Counted from the first letter of the stretch, positions 12,762 to 23,334 are shown. The stretch: 64,000 bases of DNA from Rhodocyclaceae bacterium (GCA_028713915.1 JAQTNK010000009.1:46857-110856); one strand, 5' to 3'. Program-made: numbers and translations. Notes: generated by a model not told the origin, from the sequence alone.

Positions 12762-13919
12762 ATGCTGCCCCACAAGATTCTCAACGTTCCCGAACTCGGC
12801 ATGATCGAGGGCTTTGCGCGCGCCCTGGCGGAGCGCGGCATCGTCGCCGACGAAGCCCAGCAGGAGGCCGCCGCCCGCTTGCAGAAGTTCTACGACGATC
12901 TGCTCGCCTTCAAGGCGGCGCGGCGCACCCGGCTGCGCAAGCTGCTGGTGCGGCCCGAACTGCCGAAGGGCGTCTGGTTCTGGGGCGGCGTCGGGCGCGG
13001 CAAGAGCTTTCTCATGGACTGCTTCTTCGCCGCCGTTCCTTACCAGCGCAAGCGCCGCGTCCATTTCCATGCCTTCATGCGCGAAGTGCACGAGCGCTTG
13101 CAGGCGCACAAGCACGAGGCCGATGCGCTCGCCCGGGTGGCGGCGCAGATCGCCAGGGAAACGCGGCTGATGTGCTTCGACGAATTCCACGTTTCCGACA
13201 TCGCCGACGCCATGATCCTCGGCCGCCTGATGGCGGCGCTGTTCGATGCCGGCGTGCTGTTCTGCATGACGTCGAACTATCCGCCGGACGGTCTCTATCC
13301 CAACGGCCTGCAGCGCGACCGCCTGCTGCCGACGATCGCGCTGCTCAACGACAAGCTGGACGTCATCAAGATCGATGCCGGCATCGATTACCGGCTGCGT
13401 GCCCTGGAGCAGGCCGACATCTACCATGTGCCGGCGGACGCCGACGGCGATGCGCTGCTGATGAAGACCTTCGCCCAGGTCGCCCATGGCGCAGGCCATG
13501 CGCGGCCGATCCGCATCCTCGAGCGCGAGGTGCCGGTGATCCACCGCGCCCCGGGCGTGGCCTGGTTCGATTTCGCCACGCTCTGCGGCGGCCCGCGTTC
13601 GCAAAACGACTACCTGGTGCTGGCGCACGGCTTTCATACCGTGTTCCTCTCGCATGTGCCGAAGATGAGCGCGGACATGGCCTCGGCGGCGCGCCGCTTC
13701 ACCTGGCTCGTCGACGTCTTCTACGATCACCGCGTCAAGCTCGTGATGACGGCCGCATGTCCGGCCGAGGAGCTCTACCACGAAGGCACGCAGGCGGTCG
13801 AATTCCAGCGCACCGTCTCGCGCCTGGTCGAAATGCGCTCGCACGAGTATCTGGCCAGCGCCCACCGCCGCTTCGAAACGCACGAGCCGGCTCAGGTCAC
13901 CAGCACCGCCGCGCCCTGA
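12762..13919 (+). CDS. zapE: cell division protein ZapE (AFG1-like ATPase)
   Basis: 385-aa ORF. Walker A GVWFWGGVGRGKSFLMD; Walker B LMCFDEFHVSDIADAMIL. Confidence 0.85.
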   Translation: MLPHKILNVPELGMIEGFARALAERGIVADEAQQEAAARLQKFYDDLLAFKAARRTRLRKLLVRPELPKGVWFWGGVGRGKSFLMDCFFAAVPYQRKRRVHFHAFMREVHERLQAHKHEADALARVAAQIARETRLMCFDEFHVSDIADAMILGRLMAALFDAGVLFCMTSNYPPDGLYPNGLQRDRLLPTIALLNDKLDVIKIDAGIDYRLRALEQADIYHVPADADGDALLMKTFAQVAHGAGHARPIRILEREVPVIHRAPGVAWFDFATLCGGPRSQNDYLVLAHGFHTVFLSHVPKMSADMASAARRFTWLVDVFYDHRVKLVMTAACPAEELYHEGTQAVEFQRTVSRLVEMRSHEYLASAHRRFETHEPAQVTSTAAP

Positions 13920-14887
13920 AGGCGGCCGGCGCGCAAGTCCGCCAGCGCGGCGTTGGCCTGCGCCAGCGGGTAGCGCGTCACGGCCGTGCGGATCGGCGTC
14001 GTCGCCGCCAGCGCGAGGAATTCCTCGCCGTCGCGGCGCGTCAGGTTGGCGACCGACTGCACGCTGCGCTCACCCCACAGAATCGCGTAAGGGAAGGCCG
14101 GAATGTCGCTCATGTGGATGCCGGCGCAGACCACCTTGCCGCCTTTGCGCACCGCGCGCAAGGCTGCCGGCACCAGTGCGCCGACCGGCGCGAAAATCAG
14201 CGCCGCATCGAGCGGCTGCGGCGGCGGCGATTCCGACTCGCCGGCCCAGCAGGCGCCGAGCGCGCGGGCGAAGGATTGGCTTTCGGCATCGCCGCGTCGC
14301 GTCAAGGCGAACACGTCGCGGCCCTGCGCCACCGCCACCTGGCAGACGATATGCGCGGCGGCGCCGAAGCCGTAGAGGCCCAGCCGCCGCGCGTCGCCGG
14401 CCATCGTCAGGGCGCGGTAGCCAATCAGTCCGGCGCACAGCAGCGGCGCCAGCTCGGCGGCATCGCTTGCCTCGGGCAGCGGGAAGCAGTAGCGCGCATC
14501 GGCCACGGTATGCGTCGCGTAGCCGCCGTCGATCTGGTAGCCGGTGAAGCGTGCCGCATCGCAAAGGTTCTCGCGTCCGCTGCGGCAGGCCTCGCATAGC
14601 CCGCAGGTCCAGCCCAGCCACGGCACGCCGACGCGCTGGCCGACAGTGAGGGCGTTAACGCCGGCGCCGAGCGCAGCGACGCGCCCGACGATTTCGTGGC
14701 CGGGAACGATCGGGTAGCGAATGTCCGGCAGTTCGCCGTCGACCAGATGCAGGTCGGTGCGGCAAACGCCGCAGGCCTCGACAGCGATGTGGATTTGGCC
14801 GCGCGATGGCGCCGCCATCGGCAGATCAACGGCTTGCAGCAGCCCGCCCGGCGCGGCCAATTGCATGGCATGAGAGGCGAAATTCAT
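13892..14887 (-). CDS. zinc-binding alcohol dehydrogenase family protein
   Basis: 331-aa ORF. GVCRTDLHLVDGELPDIRYPIVPGHEIVGRV (catalytic Zn) and a structural Zn cluster CGLCEACRSGRENLC. Confidence 0.85.
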   Translation of the reverse strand: MNFASHAMQLAAPGGLLQAVDLPMAAPSRGQIHIAVEACGVCRTDLHLVDGELPDIRYPIVPGHEIVGRVAALGAGVNALTVGQRVGVPWLGWTCGLCEACRSGRENLCDAARFTGYQIDGGYATHTVADARYCFPLPEASDAAELAPLLCAGLIGYRALTMAGDARRLGLYGFGAAAHIVCQVAVAQGRDVFALTRRGDAESQSFARALGACWAGESESPPPQPLDAALIFAPVGALVPAALRAVRKGGKVVCAGIHMSDIPAFPYAILWGERSVQSVANLTRRDGEEFLALAATTPIRTAVTRYPLAQANAALADLRAGRLQGAAVLVT

Positions 14888-14992
14888 CCCGTCATCTTAG
14901 GCGATGCCAGGCAAAAAAGTCGACGCCGCACGAGTGGACTTTTCGGCGAAAGCTTCGGCTAGAATCGGCGGCGATGCCATAAGGGGACGCTC

Positions 14993-15490
14993 ATGCTCCA
15001 GGTCGGTCACAGCGCGCCGGATTTCATTTTGCCCGACGCGGATATGGAACTTTTCGACTTCTCCGCGCTGCGTGGCAAGCACCACGCCGTGCTGTTTTTC
15101 TATCCCAAGGATGGCACGCCGTATTGCACGCAGGAAGCCATCGAATTCTCCGATCACGAGGAGGAATTCCAGCGTCTCGGCGCGGTCATTCTCGGTATTT
15201 CGCGCGACGACTGCCTCGCCCACGCCGAGTTCGCCGACAAGCACGGCATCTCGGTGCGCCTGCTGTCCGACATCGACGGCAAGGTCGGTCACCAATACGG
15301 CGTTTATCACTACCGCGAGCACAACGGGCAGAAGAAGTTGACGTCCACGCGCTCGACTTTCGTGATCGACAAGCACGGCATCATTCGTTACGCACTCTAC
15401 GACGTGAATCCGAAAGGCCACGCCGCCGAGATTTTCCAAATCGTCAAAGGACTCAATCACTCATGCAAATCGGCAAAGACTCCGTCGTGA
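14993..15490 (+). CDS. bcp: peroxiredoxin (Bcp/AhpC-TSA family)
   Basis: 165-aa ORF. VLFFYPKDGTPYCTQEA peroxidatic Cys motif (TPYC rather than the usual TPGC). Confidence 0.85.
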   Translation: MLQVGHSAPDFILPDADMELFDFSALRGKHHAVLFFYPKDGTPYCTQEAIEFSDHEEEFQRLGAVILGISRDDCLAHAEFADKHGISVRLLSDIDGKVGHQYGVYHYREHNGQKKLTSTRSTFVIDKHGIIRYALYDVNPKGHAAEIFQIVKGLNHSCKSAKTPS

Positions 15491-15945
15491 CCCTCAACTA
15501 CCGCGTGACCGACGTCGAAGGCAATCTCATCGACGAAGGCCAGGAACCCCTGGTCTATCTGCACGGCGGCTACGGCGGCATCTTCGGCAAGATCGAGGAA
15601 ATCCTGCAGGGCAAGGCGACCGGCGAGCATTTCGACGTCAAGCTCGAACCTGACGACGCGTTCGGCGAATACGACGCCGAACTCGTCATGATCGAGCCGC
15701 GCAACCTCTTCCCCGACACCATCGAAGTCGGCATGCAGTTCGAGCGCGCCACCGAAGAAGGCGAAGACGACGAGCTGTTCACCATCACCGATATCGCCGA
15801 GGACAAAGTCGTCGTCGACGGCAACCATCCGCTCGCCGGCATCGCGCTGATGTTTTCCTGTACCGTCGCCGACGTCCGCGCGGCGAGCGCCGAAGAAATC
15901 AGCCACGGGCATGTGCATGCGCCCGGCGGGCATCACCACCACTGA
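15463..15945 (+). CDS. slyD: FKBP-type peptidyl-prolyl cis-trans isomerase, SlyD-like
   Basis: ATG at 15463 inside track ORF 15124-15945. MQIGKDSVVTLNYRVTDVEGNLIDE, DGNHPLAGIAL, His-rich tail HGHVHAPGGHHHH. Overlaps the bcp 3' end by 28 nt. Confidence 0.85.
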   Translation: MQIGKDSVVTLNYRVTDVEGNLIDEGQEPLVYLHGGYGGIFGKIEEILQGKATGEHFDVKLEPDDAFGEYDAELVMIEPRNLFPDTIEVGMQFERATEEGEDDELFTITDIAEDKVVVDGNHPLAGIALMFSCTVADVRAASAEEISHGHVHAPGGHHHH

Positions 15946-15986
15946 TCGCGGCTCGCCGCAGCGGCGCGCGGCGAGGCCGCTGCCGC

Positions 15987-18563
15987 TCAGCCGGCGGCGA
16001 GTTTCTTCAACTGATAGAGACGGTCGAGCGCTTCGCGCGGACTGAGCGCATCGGGATCGAGATCGCGCAGCGCGTCGACCGCCGCATGCGGCGGCGTTTC
16101 CGCGGCGAGCGGCAGCGCCGCGAACAGGTCGGGCTGCGGGCCGGCGGCGATTTCCTGGTTCTCCAGCCGCGCCAGATGGCGCTTGGCGTCGCGCACCACG
16201 CTGCCGGGAATGCCGGCCAGCGCCGCGACCTGGATGCCGTAGCTCTGCGAGGCCGGGCCTTCCTCGACGGCGTGCATGAAGACGATCTTGTGCGCATGCT
16301 CGACGGCGTCGAGGTGCACGTTGGCGCACTCGGGATAGTCCTGCGCCAGGCGCGTCAATTCGAAATAGTGCGTGGCGAACAGCGTGAACGCGCGGTTCTT
16401 CTCGATCAGGTGGCGGGCGATGGCGAAGGCCAGCGCGAGGCCGTCGAAGGTCGAGGTGCCGCGGCCGATCTCGTCCATCAGCACCAGGCTCTTGTCGGTG
16501 GCGCCGTGCAGGATGGCGGCGGCTTCGGTCATCTCGACCATGAACGTCGAGCGGCCCGAGGCGAGATCGTCGGCGGCGCCGATGCGCGTGTAGATGGCAT
16601 CGAGCGGCCCGAGCCGGCAGCGCGCCGCCGGCACGTAGGCGCCGCAATGGGCGAGCAGCGCGATCAGCGCCGTCTGGCGCATGTAGGTCGATTTGCCGCC
16701 CATGTTCGGGCCGGTGACGAGCAGCAGTTTGCGCGTCGCGGCGAGACGCGCGTCGTTGGCGATGAAGGCGTCGACCTGTCGCTCGACGACGGCATGGCGA
16801 CCGCCCGCGATGTCGACGACGGGCTCGTTGCCGAACTCGGGCTGCGCGTAGTCGTAGCGCACGGCGGCTTCGGCGAAAGCGGCCAGCCCGTCGAGCAGGG
16901 AAAGCGCGCGGGCGATGCGTTGCAGTGCGGGAATGAAGGGCGCCAGCGCATCGACGAGTTCTTCGTAAAGCCGCTTCTCCAGCGCCAGCGCACGCTCGTT
17001 GGCCGACAGCGCCTTGTCCTCGAAGCTCTTGAGTTCGGGCGTGATGTAGCGCTCGGCGTTCTTCAGCGTCTGGCGGCGGCGATAGTCGTCGGGAATCTTG
17101 TCGACGTTGGCGTGGGTGACTTCGATGTAGAAGCCGTGCACCTTGTTGTATTCGACCTTGAGGCTGGCGATGCCGGTGCGGCTGCGCTCGCGCGTTTCGA
17201 GCTCGATCAGGAAGGCGCCGCAATTCGATTGCATGGCGCGCAGTTCGTCGAGTTCGGCGCAGTAGCCGGCGTTGATGACGCCGCCTTCGCGCAGCATCGA
17301 CGCCGGCTCCAGTGCCACGGCGCGGACGAGCAGGGCGTGGCAGTCGGGCGGTGCGGCCAGATCGGCGGCGATGCGCTCGAGCAGTTCCGCCTGCGGCTGG
17401 GCCAGGCTGGCGGCGACTTGCGGCAGGCCGGCGAGCGTGTCGCGCAAGGACGAGAGGTCGCGCGGCCGGGCGTTCTTCAGGGCGATGCGCGCGGTGATGC
17501 GCTCGACGTCGGCGACGCACTTCAGGGCGTTGCGCAGATGCGGCAGGCAGCCGGCGCCGTCGGCGCCGATCAGCTCGGCGACGGCGGCGTGGCGGGCCGC
17601 GGCCGCGGCGCGATCGGCAAGCGGATGATGCAGGCAGTGGCGCAGCCAGCGCGAGCCCATGCCCGTCATGCAGGTATCGAGCAAGGAGAGCAGCGTCGGT
17701 GCCGGCTGGCCGCGCAGCGTCTCGGTGATTTCGAGGTTGCGGCGCGTGGCGGCGTCGAGGCGCAGGTAGGCGTCGTCGTCTTCGGCGACGAGGGCGGTGA
17801 CGTGGGCGAGCGTCTGCATTTGCGTCGCCCGCGCATAGCCGAACAGCGCGCCGGCGGCGGCCAGCCCGAGCGGCACGCCGTCGATGCCGAAACCGGAGAG
17901 GTCGCGCGTGCCGAAGTGCGCGCAGAGTTCGCGCTGCGCCGCCGCGGCGTCGAAGTGCCAGTCGGGCAGGCGCTTGGAAATTCCCGCCGCCGGCATGTCG
18001 CGGCGCAGGCTGTCGGGCAGCAGCAGCTCGGCCGGGCGCAGGCGTTCGAGCTGGGCGGACAGCGCGGCGAACGGCGCCTCGGTCAGGCGGAATTCGCCGC
18101 TGGCGAGGTTGAGCCAGGCCAGGCCGACGCGTTCGCGCTCGATGGTCAGCGCGGCGAGCAGGCTGTCCGACTTTTCGTCGAGCAGGTTGGCGTCGGTCAG
18201 CGTGCCCGGCGTCACGATGCGCGCGACGGCGCGCTCGACCGGCCCTTTCGACGTCGCCGGGTCGCCGATCTGTTCGCAGATGGCGACGGACTCGCCCAGT
18301 TTCACGAGCTTGGCCAGGTATTGCTCGACGGCATGGTGCGGCACGCCGGCCATCGGGATCGGCTTGCCGGCCGACTGGCCGCGCGCCGTGAGCGTGATGT
18401 CGAGCAGGCGCGCCGCCTTCTCGGCATCGGCGAAGAACAGCTCGTAGAAATCCCCCATGCGATAGAACAACAGCATATCCGGGTGCGCGGCCTTGAGGCG
18501 CAGGTACTGCTGCATGACGGGAGTGTGGTTGCCGATCCCGTCGGCCTGGGTGCGATCGTTCAT
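15987..18563 (-). CDS. mutS: DNA mismatch repair protein MutS
   Basis: ATG at 18563 inside track ORF 15987-18686. [32 protein letters not shown]; Walker [15 protein letters not shown]; [12 protein letters not shown]. Confidence 0.97.
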   Translation of the reverse strand: MNDRTQADGIGNHTPVMQQYLRLKAAHPDMLLFYRMGDFYELFFADAEKAARLLDITLTARGQSAGKPIPMAGVPHHAVEQYLAKLVKLGESVAICEQIGDPATSKGPVERAVARIVTPGTLTDANLLDEKSDSLLAALTIERERVGLAWLNLASGEFRLTEAPFAALSAQLERLRPAELLLPDSLRRDMPAAGISKRLPDWHFDAAAAQRELCAHFGTRDLSGFGIDGVPLGLAAAGALFGYARATQMQTLAHVTALVAEDDDAYLRLDAATRRNLEITETLRGQPAPTLLSLLDTCMTGMGSRWLRHCLHHPLADRAAAAARHAAVAELIGADGAGCLPHLRNALKCVADVERITARIALKNARPRDLSSLRDTLAGLPQVAASLAQPQAELLERIAADLAAPPDCHALLVRAVALEPASMLREGGVINAGYCAELDELRAMQSNCGAFLIELETRERSRTGIASLKVEYNKVHGFYIEVTHANVDKIPDDYRRRQTLKNAERYITPELKSFEDKALSANERALALEKRLYEELVDALAPFIPALQRIARALSLLDGLAAFAEAAVRYDYAQPEFGNEPVVDIAGGRHAVVERQVDAFIANDARLAATRKLLLVTGPNMGGKSTYMRQTALIALLAHCGAYVPAARCRLGPLDAIYTRIGAADDLASGRSTFMVEMTEAAAILHGATDKSLVLMDEIGRGTSTFDGLALAFAIARHLIEKNRAFTLFATHYFELTRLAQDYPECANVHLDAVEHAHKIVFMHAVEEGPASQSYGIQVAALAGIPGSVVRDAKRHLARLENQEIAAGPQPDLFAALPLAAETPPHAAVDALRDLDPDALSPREALDRLYQLKKLAAG

Positions 18564-18770
18564 GTTCGTCAGATATCGTTGGCGGCGCCGTGGGGCTGAA
18601 TTGTAAGTCCTGGGTCGTCCTTTGATCGGGCCGGCCGGCGAAAACGGCCGGGTCGCGGGAATGCCGCCGGCAATGACAAGGCGCATGGGTCAAACGGACC
18701 ACGCTCGCCAGCGCCTTGCAACCCGGTCGCTGCTTCAAGGTCGAAACGGTTTTACGCGGAGAGTCCGATC

Positions 18771-19082
18771 ATGAAGCAGACGAAGCGCATTTTTGCATTG
18801 CTGGCGGCCGTCGCCCTGACGACGATGGCAGGCTGCGCCGCGACGGCGACGCAGGAAAGCACGGGGCAGTACATCGACGACAGCACGATCACCACCAAGG
18901 TCAAGGCGGCGATATTCGACGAGCCATCGTTGAAGTCCACGGAAATCGGCGTCGAAACGTTCAAGGGGGTCGTGCAGTTGAGCGGCTTCGTGAGCTCCCA
19001 GGCGGAGATCAACAAGGCCGTCATGGTGGCGCGCGACGTCAAGGGCGTCGCGGCCGTCAAGAACGACTTGCGCGTCAAGTAA
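18771..19082 (+). CDS. BON domain lipoprotein (OsmY-like, single domain)
   Basis: 103-aa ORF, GGAGAG SD. Lipobox LTTMAGC. BON-like VETFKGVVQLSGFVSSQAEINKAVMVARDVKGVAAVKNDL. Confidence 0.8.
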   Translation: MKQTKRIFALLAAVALTTMAGCAATATQESTGQYIDDSTITTKVKAAIFDEPSLKSTEIGVETFKGVVQLSGFVSSQAEINKAVMVARDVKGVAAVKNDLRVK

Positions 19083-19180
19083 GCGGCGAGCGGGCGACGC
19101 CGATCTCTGCAACGGAGATCGCGTCCCCGCCTGACCCTTGCGCTAGACCGGGTGGACCGGTTCGGCGCGCGTGCAGCGCA

Positions 19181-19990
19181 CTACGCCGCAAGCTTCGCCG
19201 TCTTGTACTGATCGACGACCTGCAGCAGCTGCGAGAATATCTTCGGGTTGCCGGCGACGATGTTGCCGGTGGCGAGATAAGCCTGTTCGCCGGCGAGATC
19301 GCCGACCAGGCCGCCGGCTTCCGTGATCAGCAGGCTGCCGGCCGCCATGTCCCAGGGCGAAAGGCCGAATTCCCAGAAGCCGTCGAGGCGTCCGGCAGCG
19401 ACGTAGGCGAGGTCGAGCGCGGCGGCGCCGGGACGGCGCAGGCCCGAACTCTTCTGCGCCAGCTCCTTGAAGATGGCGAGATAGGCGTCGATGTGTTCGA
19501 ACATGCGGTAGGGAAAGCCGGTGCCGATCAGCGCTTCGGCGAGCTTGGCGCGGCTGCTGACGCGTATGCGCTTGTCATTGAGGAAGGCGCCGGCGCCCTT
19601 GCTGGCGGTGAACAATTCGTTCTTGGTCGGATCGTAAATGACGGCATGGGCCATCGCGCCCTTGTGCGAGAGCCCGATCGACACCGCGTATTGCGGAAAG
19701 CCGTGGATGAAGTTGGTAGTGCCGTCGAGCGGGTCGATGATCCACTGGTACTCGGAATCGCCCTTGTTGCCTGCGGTTGCGCCCGACTCCTCTGCTAGAA
19801 TCGCGTGTTGCGGGTAGGCTTCGCGCAGGATGTCGATGATGGCGGCTTCGGCGGCGTGGTCGACTTCGGTGACGAAGTCGCTTTGTTGTTTGACGCTGAC
19901 TTTCAGGTGGCCGACATCCATACTGGCGCGGTTGATGATCTGGCCAGCGCGGCGAGCGGCCTTGACGGCGATGTTGAGCATGGGATGCAT
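19181..19990 (-). CDS. suhB: inositol monophosphatase family protein
   Basis: ATG at 19990 inside track ORF 19181-20461. [16 protein letters not shown]; ILAEESG; [12 protein letters not shown]; WDMAAG. Confidence 0.9.
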   Translation of the reverse strand: MHPMLNIAVKAARRAGQIINRASMDVGHLKVSVKQQSDFVTEVDHAAEAAIIDILREAYPQHAILAEESGATAGNKGDSEYQWIIDPLDGTTNFIHGFPQYAVSIGLSHKGAMAHAVIYDPTKNELFTASKGAGAFLNDKRIRVSSRAKLAEALIGTGFPYRMFEHIDAYLAIFKELAQKSSGLRRPGAAALDLAYVAAGRLDGFWEFGLSPWDMAAGSLLITEAGGLVGDLAGEQAYLATGNIVAGNPKIFSQLLQVVDQYKTAKLAA

Positions 19991-20039
19991 GGAGGCGGGA
20001 CGGCAAAAAGGCGCTTGGCGCGAGGGCCCGAATTCTAAT

Positions 20040-20786
20040 ATGAACGACACATCCCCGCTCGAACGCGTCCGCATCGTCCTTTCCCATACCAGCCATCCCG
20101 GCAACATCGGCGCCGCGGCGCGCGCCATGAAGACCATGGGCCTGACCCGGCTGGTGCTGGTGAATCCGCGCCATTTTCCCGATCCCCAGGCCGAGGCGAT
20201 GGCGGCCGGCGCCGCCGACGTGCTGGCGCAAGCCAGGATTTGCGCGTCGCTCGAGGAGGCGCTGGTCGGCACGACTTTCGCCACGGCGATGACCGCGCGT
20301 CGCCGCGGCCTCGCCGTCGAGCCGCTGTGGGCGCGCGAGGCGGCCGCCGAGTTGGCGGTGCTGGCGGCGCAGGGCGAGGTGGCGCTGGTCTTCGGCAACG
20401 AGACGGCGGGGCTATCCAACGAGGAAGTTTCGCTGTGCATGCGCTGGGCGAAGATTCCCACCGATCCGGAATGGTCGTCCCTGAATCTCGCTCAGGCGGT
20501 GCAGGTGCTCTGTTACGAATTGCGCATGGCCGCGGTCGATGCCGGCGCGCCGCCGCCGATCAACGATGCCGGCCTGCGCGCCGGCCACGAAGAGGTCGAA
20601 GGCCTGATGGCGCACCTCGAGCGCGCCGCGACGGCTTCGGGCTTTCTCGATCCGGCGCAACCCAAGCGCCTGATGCCGCGCATGCGGCGGCTGTTTTCCC
20701 GTGCCGGACTGGAGAAGGAAGAGGTCAATATCCTGCGCGGAATGCTGTCGTCATTTGAAACGGGGCCGTACCGCAAAAAAGATTGA
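20040..20786 (+). CDS. trmJ: tRNA (cytidine/uridine-2'-O)-methyltransferase TrmJ
   Basis: ATG at 20040 inside track ORF 19830-20786. [25 protein letters not shown]; SPOUT knot [17 protein letters not shown]....SLNLAQAV. Divergent from suhB as in enterobacteria. Confidence 0.9.
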   Translation: MNDTSPLERVRIVLSHTSHPGNIGAAARAMKTMGLTRLVLVNPRHFPDPQAEAMAAGAADVLAQARICASLEEALVGTTFATAMTARRRGLAVEPLWAREAAAELAVLAAQGEVALVFGNETAGLSNEEVSLCMRWAKIPTDPEWSSLNLAQAVQVLCYELRMAAVDAGAPPPINDAGLRAGHEEVEGLMAHLERAATASGFLDPAQPKRLMPRMRRLFSRAGLEKEEVNILRGMLSSFETGPYRKKD

Positions 20787-20839
20787 CCGGAACGCTCGGG
20801 TTTTTTACTATTTCACCAATTTCTAATGGAATTCCCCTC

Positions 20840-21592
20840 ATGGTCACCCGGTTGAAGGAAGACATCGCCTGCGTATTCGAGCGGGACCCGGCGGCGCGCA
20901 CGACATGGGAAGTGCTGACCTGCTATCCCGGCTTGCATGCGCTGACGCTGCACCGGCTGGCCCACTGGCTGTGGGGGCATCGGCTGCGCTGGCTGGCGCG
21001 CTTCACTTCGCATATCACGCGCTGGATCACCGGCATCGAGATCCATCCCGGCGCGACCATCGGCCGCCGCGTCTTCATCGACCACGGCATGGGCGTGGTC
21101 ATCGGCGAGACGGCCGAAATCGGCGACGAGTGCACGCTCTATCACGGCGTCACCCTGGGCGGCACGTCCTGGCACAAGGGCAAGCGCCATCCGACGCTGG
21201 AGCGCGGCGTCGTCGTCGGCGCCGGAGCGAAAGTGCTCGGGCCGATCACCGTCAGGCAAGGCGCCAAGGTCGGTTCGAACGCGGTCGTCGTCCGCGAGGT
21301 GCCGCGCGGGGCCACCGCCGTCGGCATTCCGGCGCGCATCGTCGAGGCCGGGCGCAGCGAGGCGCGCGAGGCCAAGGCCGAGAAACTCGGCTTTTCCGCC
21401 TATGCCGTGAGCCGCGACGAGGACGATCCGCTTTCCCAGGCGATTCATGGACTTCTCGATCATGCCGTGGAGACCGACCGCCGCATCGAAATTCTCCTCA
21501 AGTACGTCGAGCGCGCCGGCGTATCCCTCGAAGACGATGTCGCTACCGCCGACAAATTCGACCCGAAATATCTTTCCAAGATAGTTGACTAG
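20840..21592 (+). CDS. cysE: serine O-acetyltransferase
   Basis: ATG at 20840 inside track ORF 20783-21592. [63 protein letters not shown] hexapeptide repeats. Confidence 0.9.
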   Translation: MVTRLKEDIACVFERDPAARTTWEVLTCYPGLHALTLHRLAHWLWGHRLRWLARFTSHITRWITGIEIHPGATIGRRVFIDHGMGVVIGETAEIGDECTLYHGVTLGGTSWHKGKRHPTLERGVVVGAGAKVLGPITVRQGAKVGSNAVVVREVPRGATAVGIPARIVEAGRSEAREAKAEKLGFSAYAVSRDEDDPLSQAIHGLLDHAVETDRRIEILLKYVERAGVSLEDDVATADKFDPKYLSKIVD

Positions 21593-21613
21593 GGTTATTC
21601 GGATCGATATAGT
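21585..21613 (+). promoter_or_regulatory. candidate sigma70 promoter of the isc operon: TTGACT -17 nt- TATAGT
   Basis: -35 TTGACT at 21585-21590 (spanning the last cysE codons and stop), 17-nt spacer, -10 TATAGT at 21608-21613, about 60 nt upstream of the iscR ATG. Confidence 0.5.
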
Positions 21614-21633
21614 TGATAAAAACGGTCGGGTAT
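21609..21633. promoter_or_regulatory. candidate type-1 IscR binding site
   Basis: ATAGTTGATAAAAACGGTCGGGTAT matches the E. coli type-1 consensus ATASYYGACTRWWWYAGTCRRSTAT at 22 of 25 positions by my hand alignment. It overlaps the -10. A second ATAGTTGACT half-site lies at 21581-21590. Confidence 0.55.
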
Positions 21634-21673
21634 TAATTTCTGATCGGCCGTTTGGAGTGAGGAAAGGACAATC

Positions 21674-22159
21674 ATGAGACTGACAACCAAAGGACGTTTC
21701 GCGGTGACGGCAATGATCGATCTGGCGCTGCGCCAGCACGATGGCCCTGTCACGCTTGCGGGCATCGCCGAACGCCAGAGCATTTCGCTGTCCTATCTCG
21801 AACAACTCTTCGGCAAGTTGCGGCGCCAGCAACTGGTGGCGAGCGTGCGCGGTCCGGGCGGCGGCTATTGCCTGGCCAGGCCGATGGAAACCGTGTCCGT
21901 GGCGGACATCATCCGCGCCGTCGACGAGCCGCTCGACGCCACGAATTGCGGCGGCAAGCGCAACTGCCACGACGAGAACCTGTGCATGACGCACGTGCTG
22001 TGGACCAACCTCAATACGCGCATGTTCGAGTACCTGAGTTCGGTGAGCCTCGCCGAGTTGGTGCGGCAGCAGCGCCCCGAGAACGCACCGGAACTGTCCG
22101 TCGTCGAGCGCCCGGCACGGCGCACGCGGCGCAGCATCTCCCTCGCGGTGGCCGCCTGA
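21674..22159 (+). CDS. iscR: Fe-S cluster assembly transcriptional regulator IscR (Rrf2 family)
   Basis: 161-aa ORF. MRLTTKGRFAVTAMIDLAL, ISLSYLEQLFGKLRR wHTH. Cluster ligands CGGKRNCHDENLCMTH (C-x5-C-x5-C-x2-H). Confidence 0.93.
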   Translation: MRLTTKGRFAVTAMIDLALRQHDGPVTLAGIAERQSISLSYLEQLFGKLRRQQLVASVRGPGGGYCLARPMETVSVADIIRAVDEPLDATNCGGKRNCHDENLCMTHVLWTNLNTRMFEYLSSVSLAELVRQQRPENAPELSVVERPARRTRRSISLAVAA

Positions 22160-22176
22160 TCGCCAGTCGCCGCGCA

Positions 22177-23334
22177 ATGTTCGCACCGGTCTACTTCGAC
22201 TACAACGCCACCACGCCGGTCCTCGACTGCGTCAGGGAGGCGATGTTGCCGTATTTCTCGCAACGCTACGGCAACGCCTCCAGCCGCCACGAATACGGCC
22301 GCGCCGCGCGTCTTGCGATCGATACGGCGCGCGAGCAAGTGGCGGCAGCGCTGGGCGCGCACCCGACCGAAATCGTGTTCACCAGCGGCGGCTCGGAGGC
22401 CAACAACCTTTTCGTCAAAGGTGCGGCGGCCTGCATGAAGCCGGGCACCGTTGCCATTTCCGCCATCGAGCATCCCTGCGTGCGCGAACCGGCGCGCGAA
22501 TTGGCCCGCCACGGCTGGGCGCTGCGTGAAATCGCCGTCGATGGCGCGGGCCGCGTGCGGCTCGACGATTTCGACGCCGCCCTGGCGAAGCAGCCCGGCC
22601 TGGTTTCGGTGATGTTCGCCAACAACGAAACCGGCGTCGTGCAGGACATTGCTCTCCTGGCGCAGCGCGCCAAGCCCGGCCGCGGCTGGTTCCATAGCGA
22701 TGCCGTGCAGGCGCTCGGCAAGCTGCCGCTCGATTTTCGCCGCCTCAACGCCGACGGCGTCCATGCGCTGACCGTTTCTTCCCACAAGATCGGCGGGCCG
22801 AAAGGCGCCGCTGCGCTGGTGCTCGACAAGCGCGTCGAGCTGACGCCGCTGATCGCCGGCGGCGGCCACGAGCGCGGCCTGCGGTCGGGCACGGAAAACG
22901 TCCCGGCCATCGTCGGCTTCGGCGTCGCCTGCGAATGGGCGGCCGGCCGCGTCGCCGACGCCGCGCAGCGGCTAGGCAGCCTGCGCGCGACGCTGGAACG
23001 CGGCGTCGCGGCACAGGGCGCGACGATCTTCGGCCTGGGAGCCGAACGCTTGCCAAATACCGTATATTTCGCGGTTCCGCATGTCGATGGCGAAACCCTG
23101 GTCGGACAGATCGACCGCGCCGGCTACGCCGTGGCCAGCGGCGCCGCCTGTTCGAGCGCCAAGCCTGAGCCCTCGCATGTGCTGATGGCGATGGGCGTCG
23201 CGCCGGAACTTGCGCGCGGCGCGGTGCGCGTGAGCCTCGGCGCCGACAGCACCGAGGACATGGTCAATGGTTTCCTGCTTGCCCTTGCCGAGACGCTGCG
23301 CCGGTTGCGCGGCCTCGCGGCGCTGGCGGCATAA
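22177..23334 (+). CDS. NifS-like cysteine desulfurase (class V aminotransferase), second desulfurase of the locus
   Basis: ATG at 22177 inside track ORF 21868-23334. MFAPVYFDYNATTPV, FTSGGSEANN, PLP-Lys motif SSHKIGGPKGAAALV, active-site loop ASGAACSS. 385 aa, shorter than IscS at the C-terminus. Confidence 0.85.
   Translation: MFAPVYFDYNATTPVLDCVREAMLPYFSQRYGNASSRHEYGRAARLAIDTAREQVAAALGAHPTEIVFTSGGSEANNLFVKGAAACMKPGTVAISAIEHPCVREPARELARHGWALREIAVDGAGRVRLDDFDAALAKQPGLVSVMFANNETGVVQDIALLAQRAKPGRGWFHSDAVQALGKLPLDFRRLNADGVHALTVSSHKIGGPKGAAALVLDKRVELTPLIAGGGHERGLRSGTENVPAIVGFGVACEWAAGRVADAAQRLGSLRATLERGVAAQGATIFGLGAERLPNTVYFAVPHVDGETLVGQIDRAGYAVASGAACSSAKPEPSHVLMAMGVAPELARGAVRVSLGADSTEDMVNGFLLALAETLRRLRGLAALAA

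Noticed and set aside
15457-18738. 1093-aa minus-strand ORF in an alternate frame of mutS.
   Set aside because: It is on the same strand as mutS but out of frame. The sequence is Arg/Pro/Ala-rich nonsense, whereas the mutS frame carries Walker A and mismatch-binding motifs.
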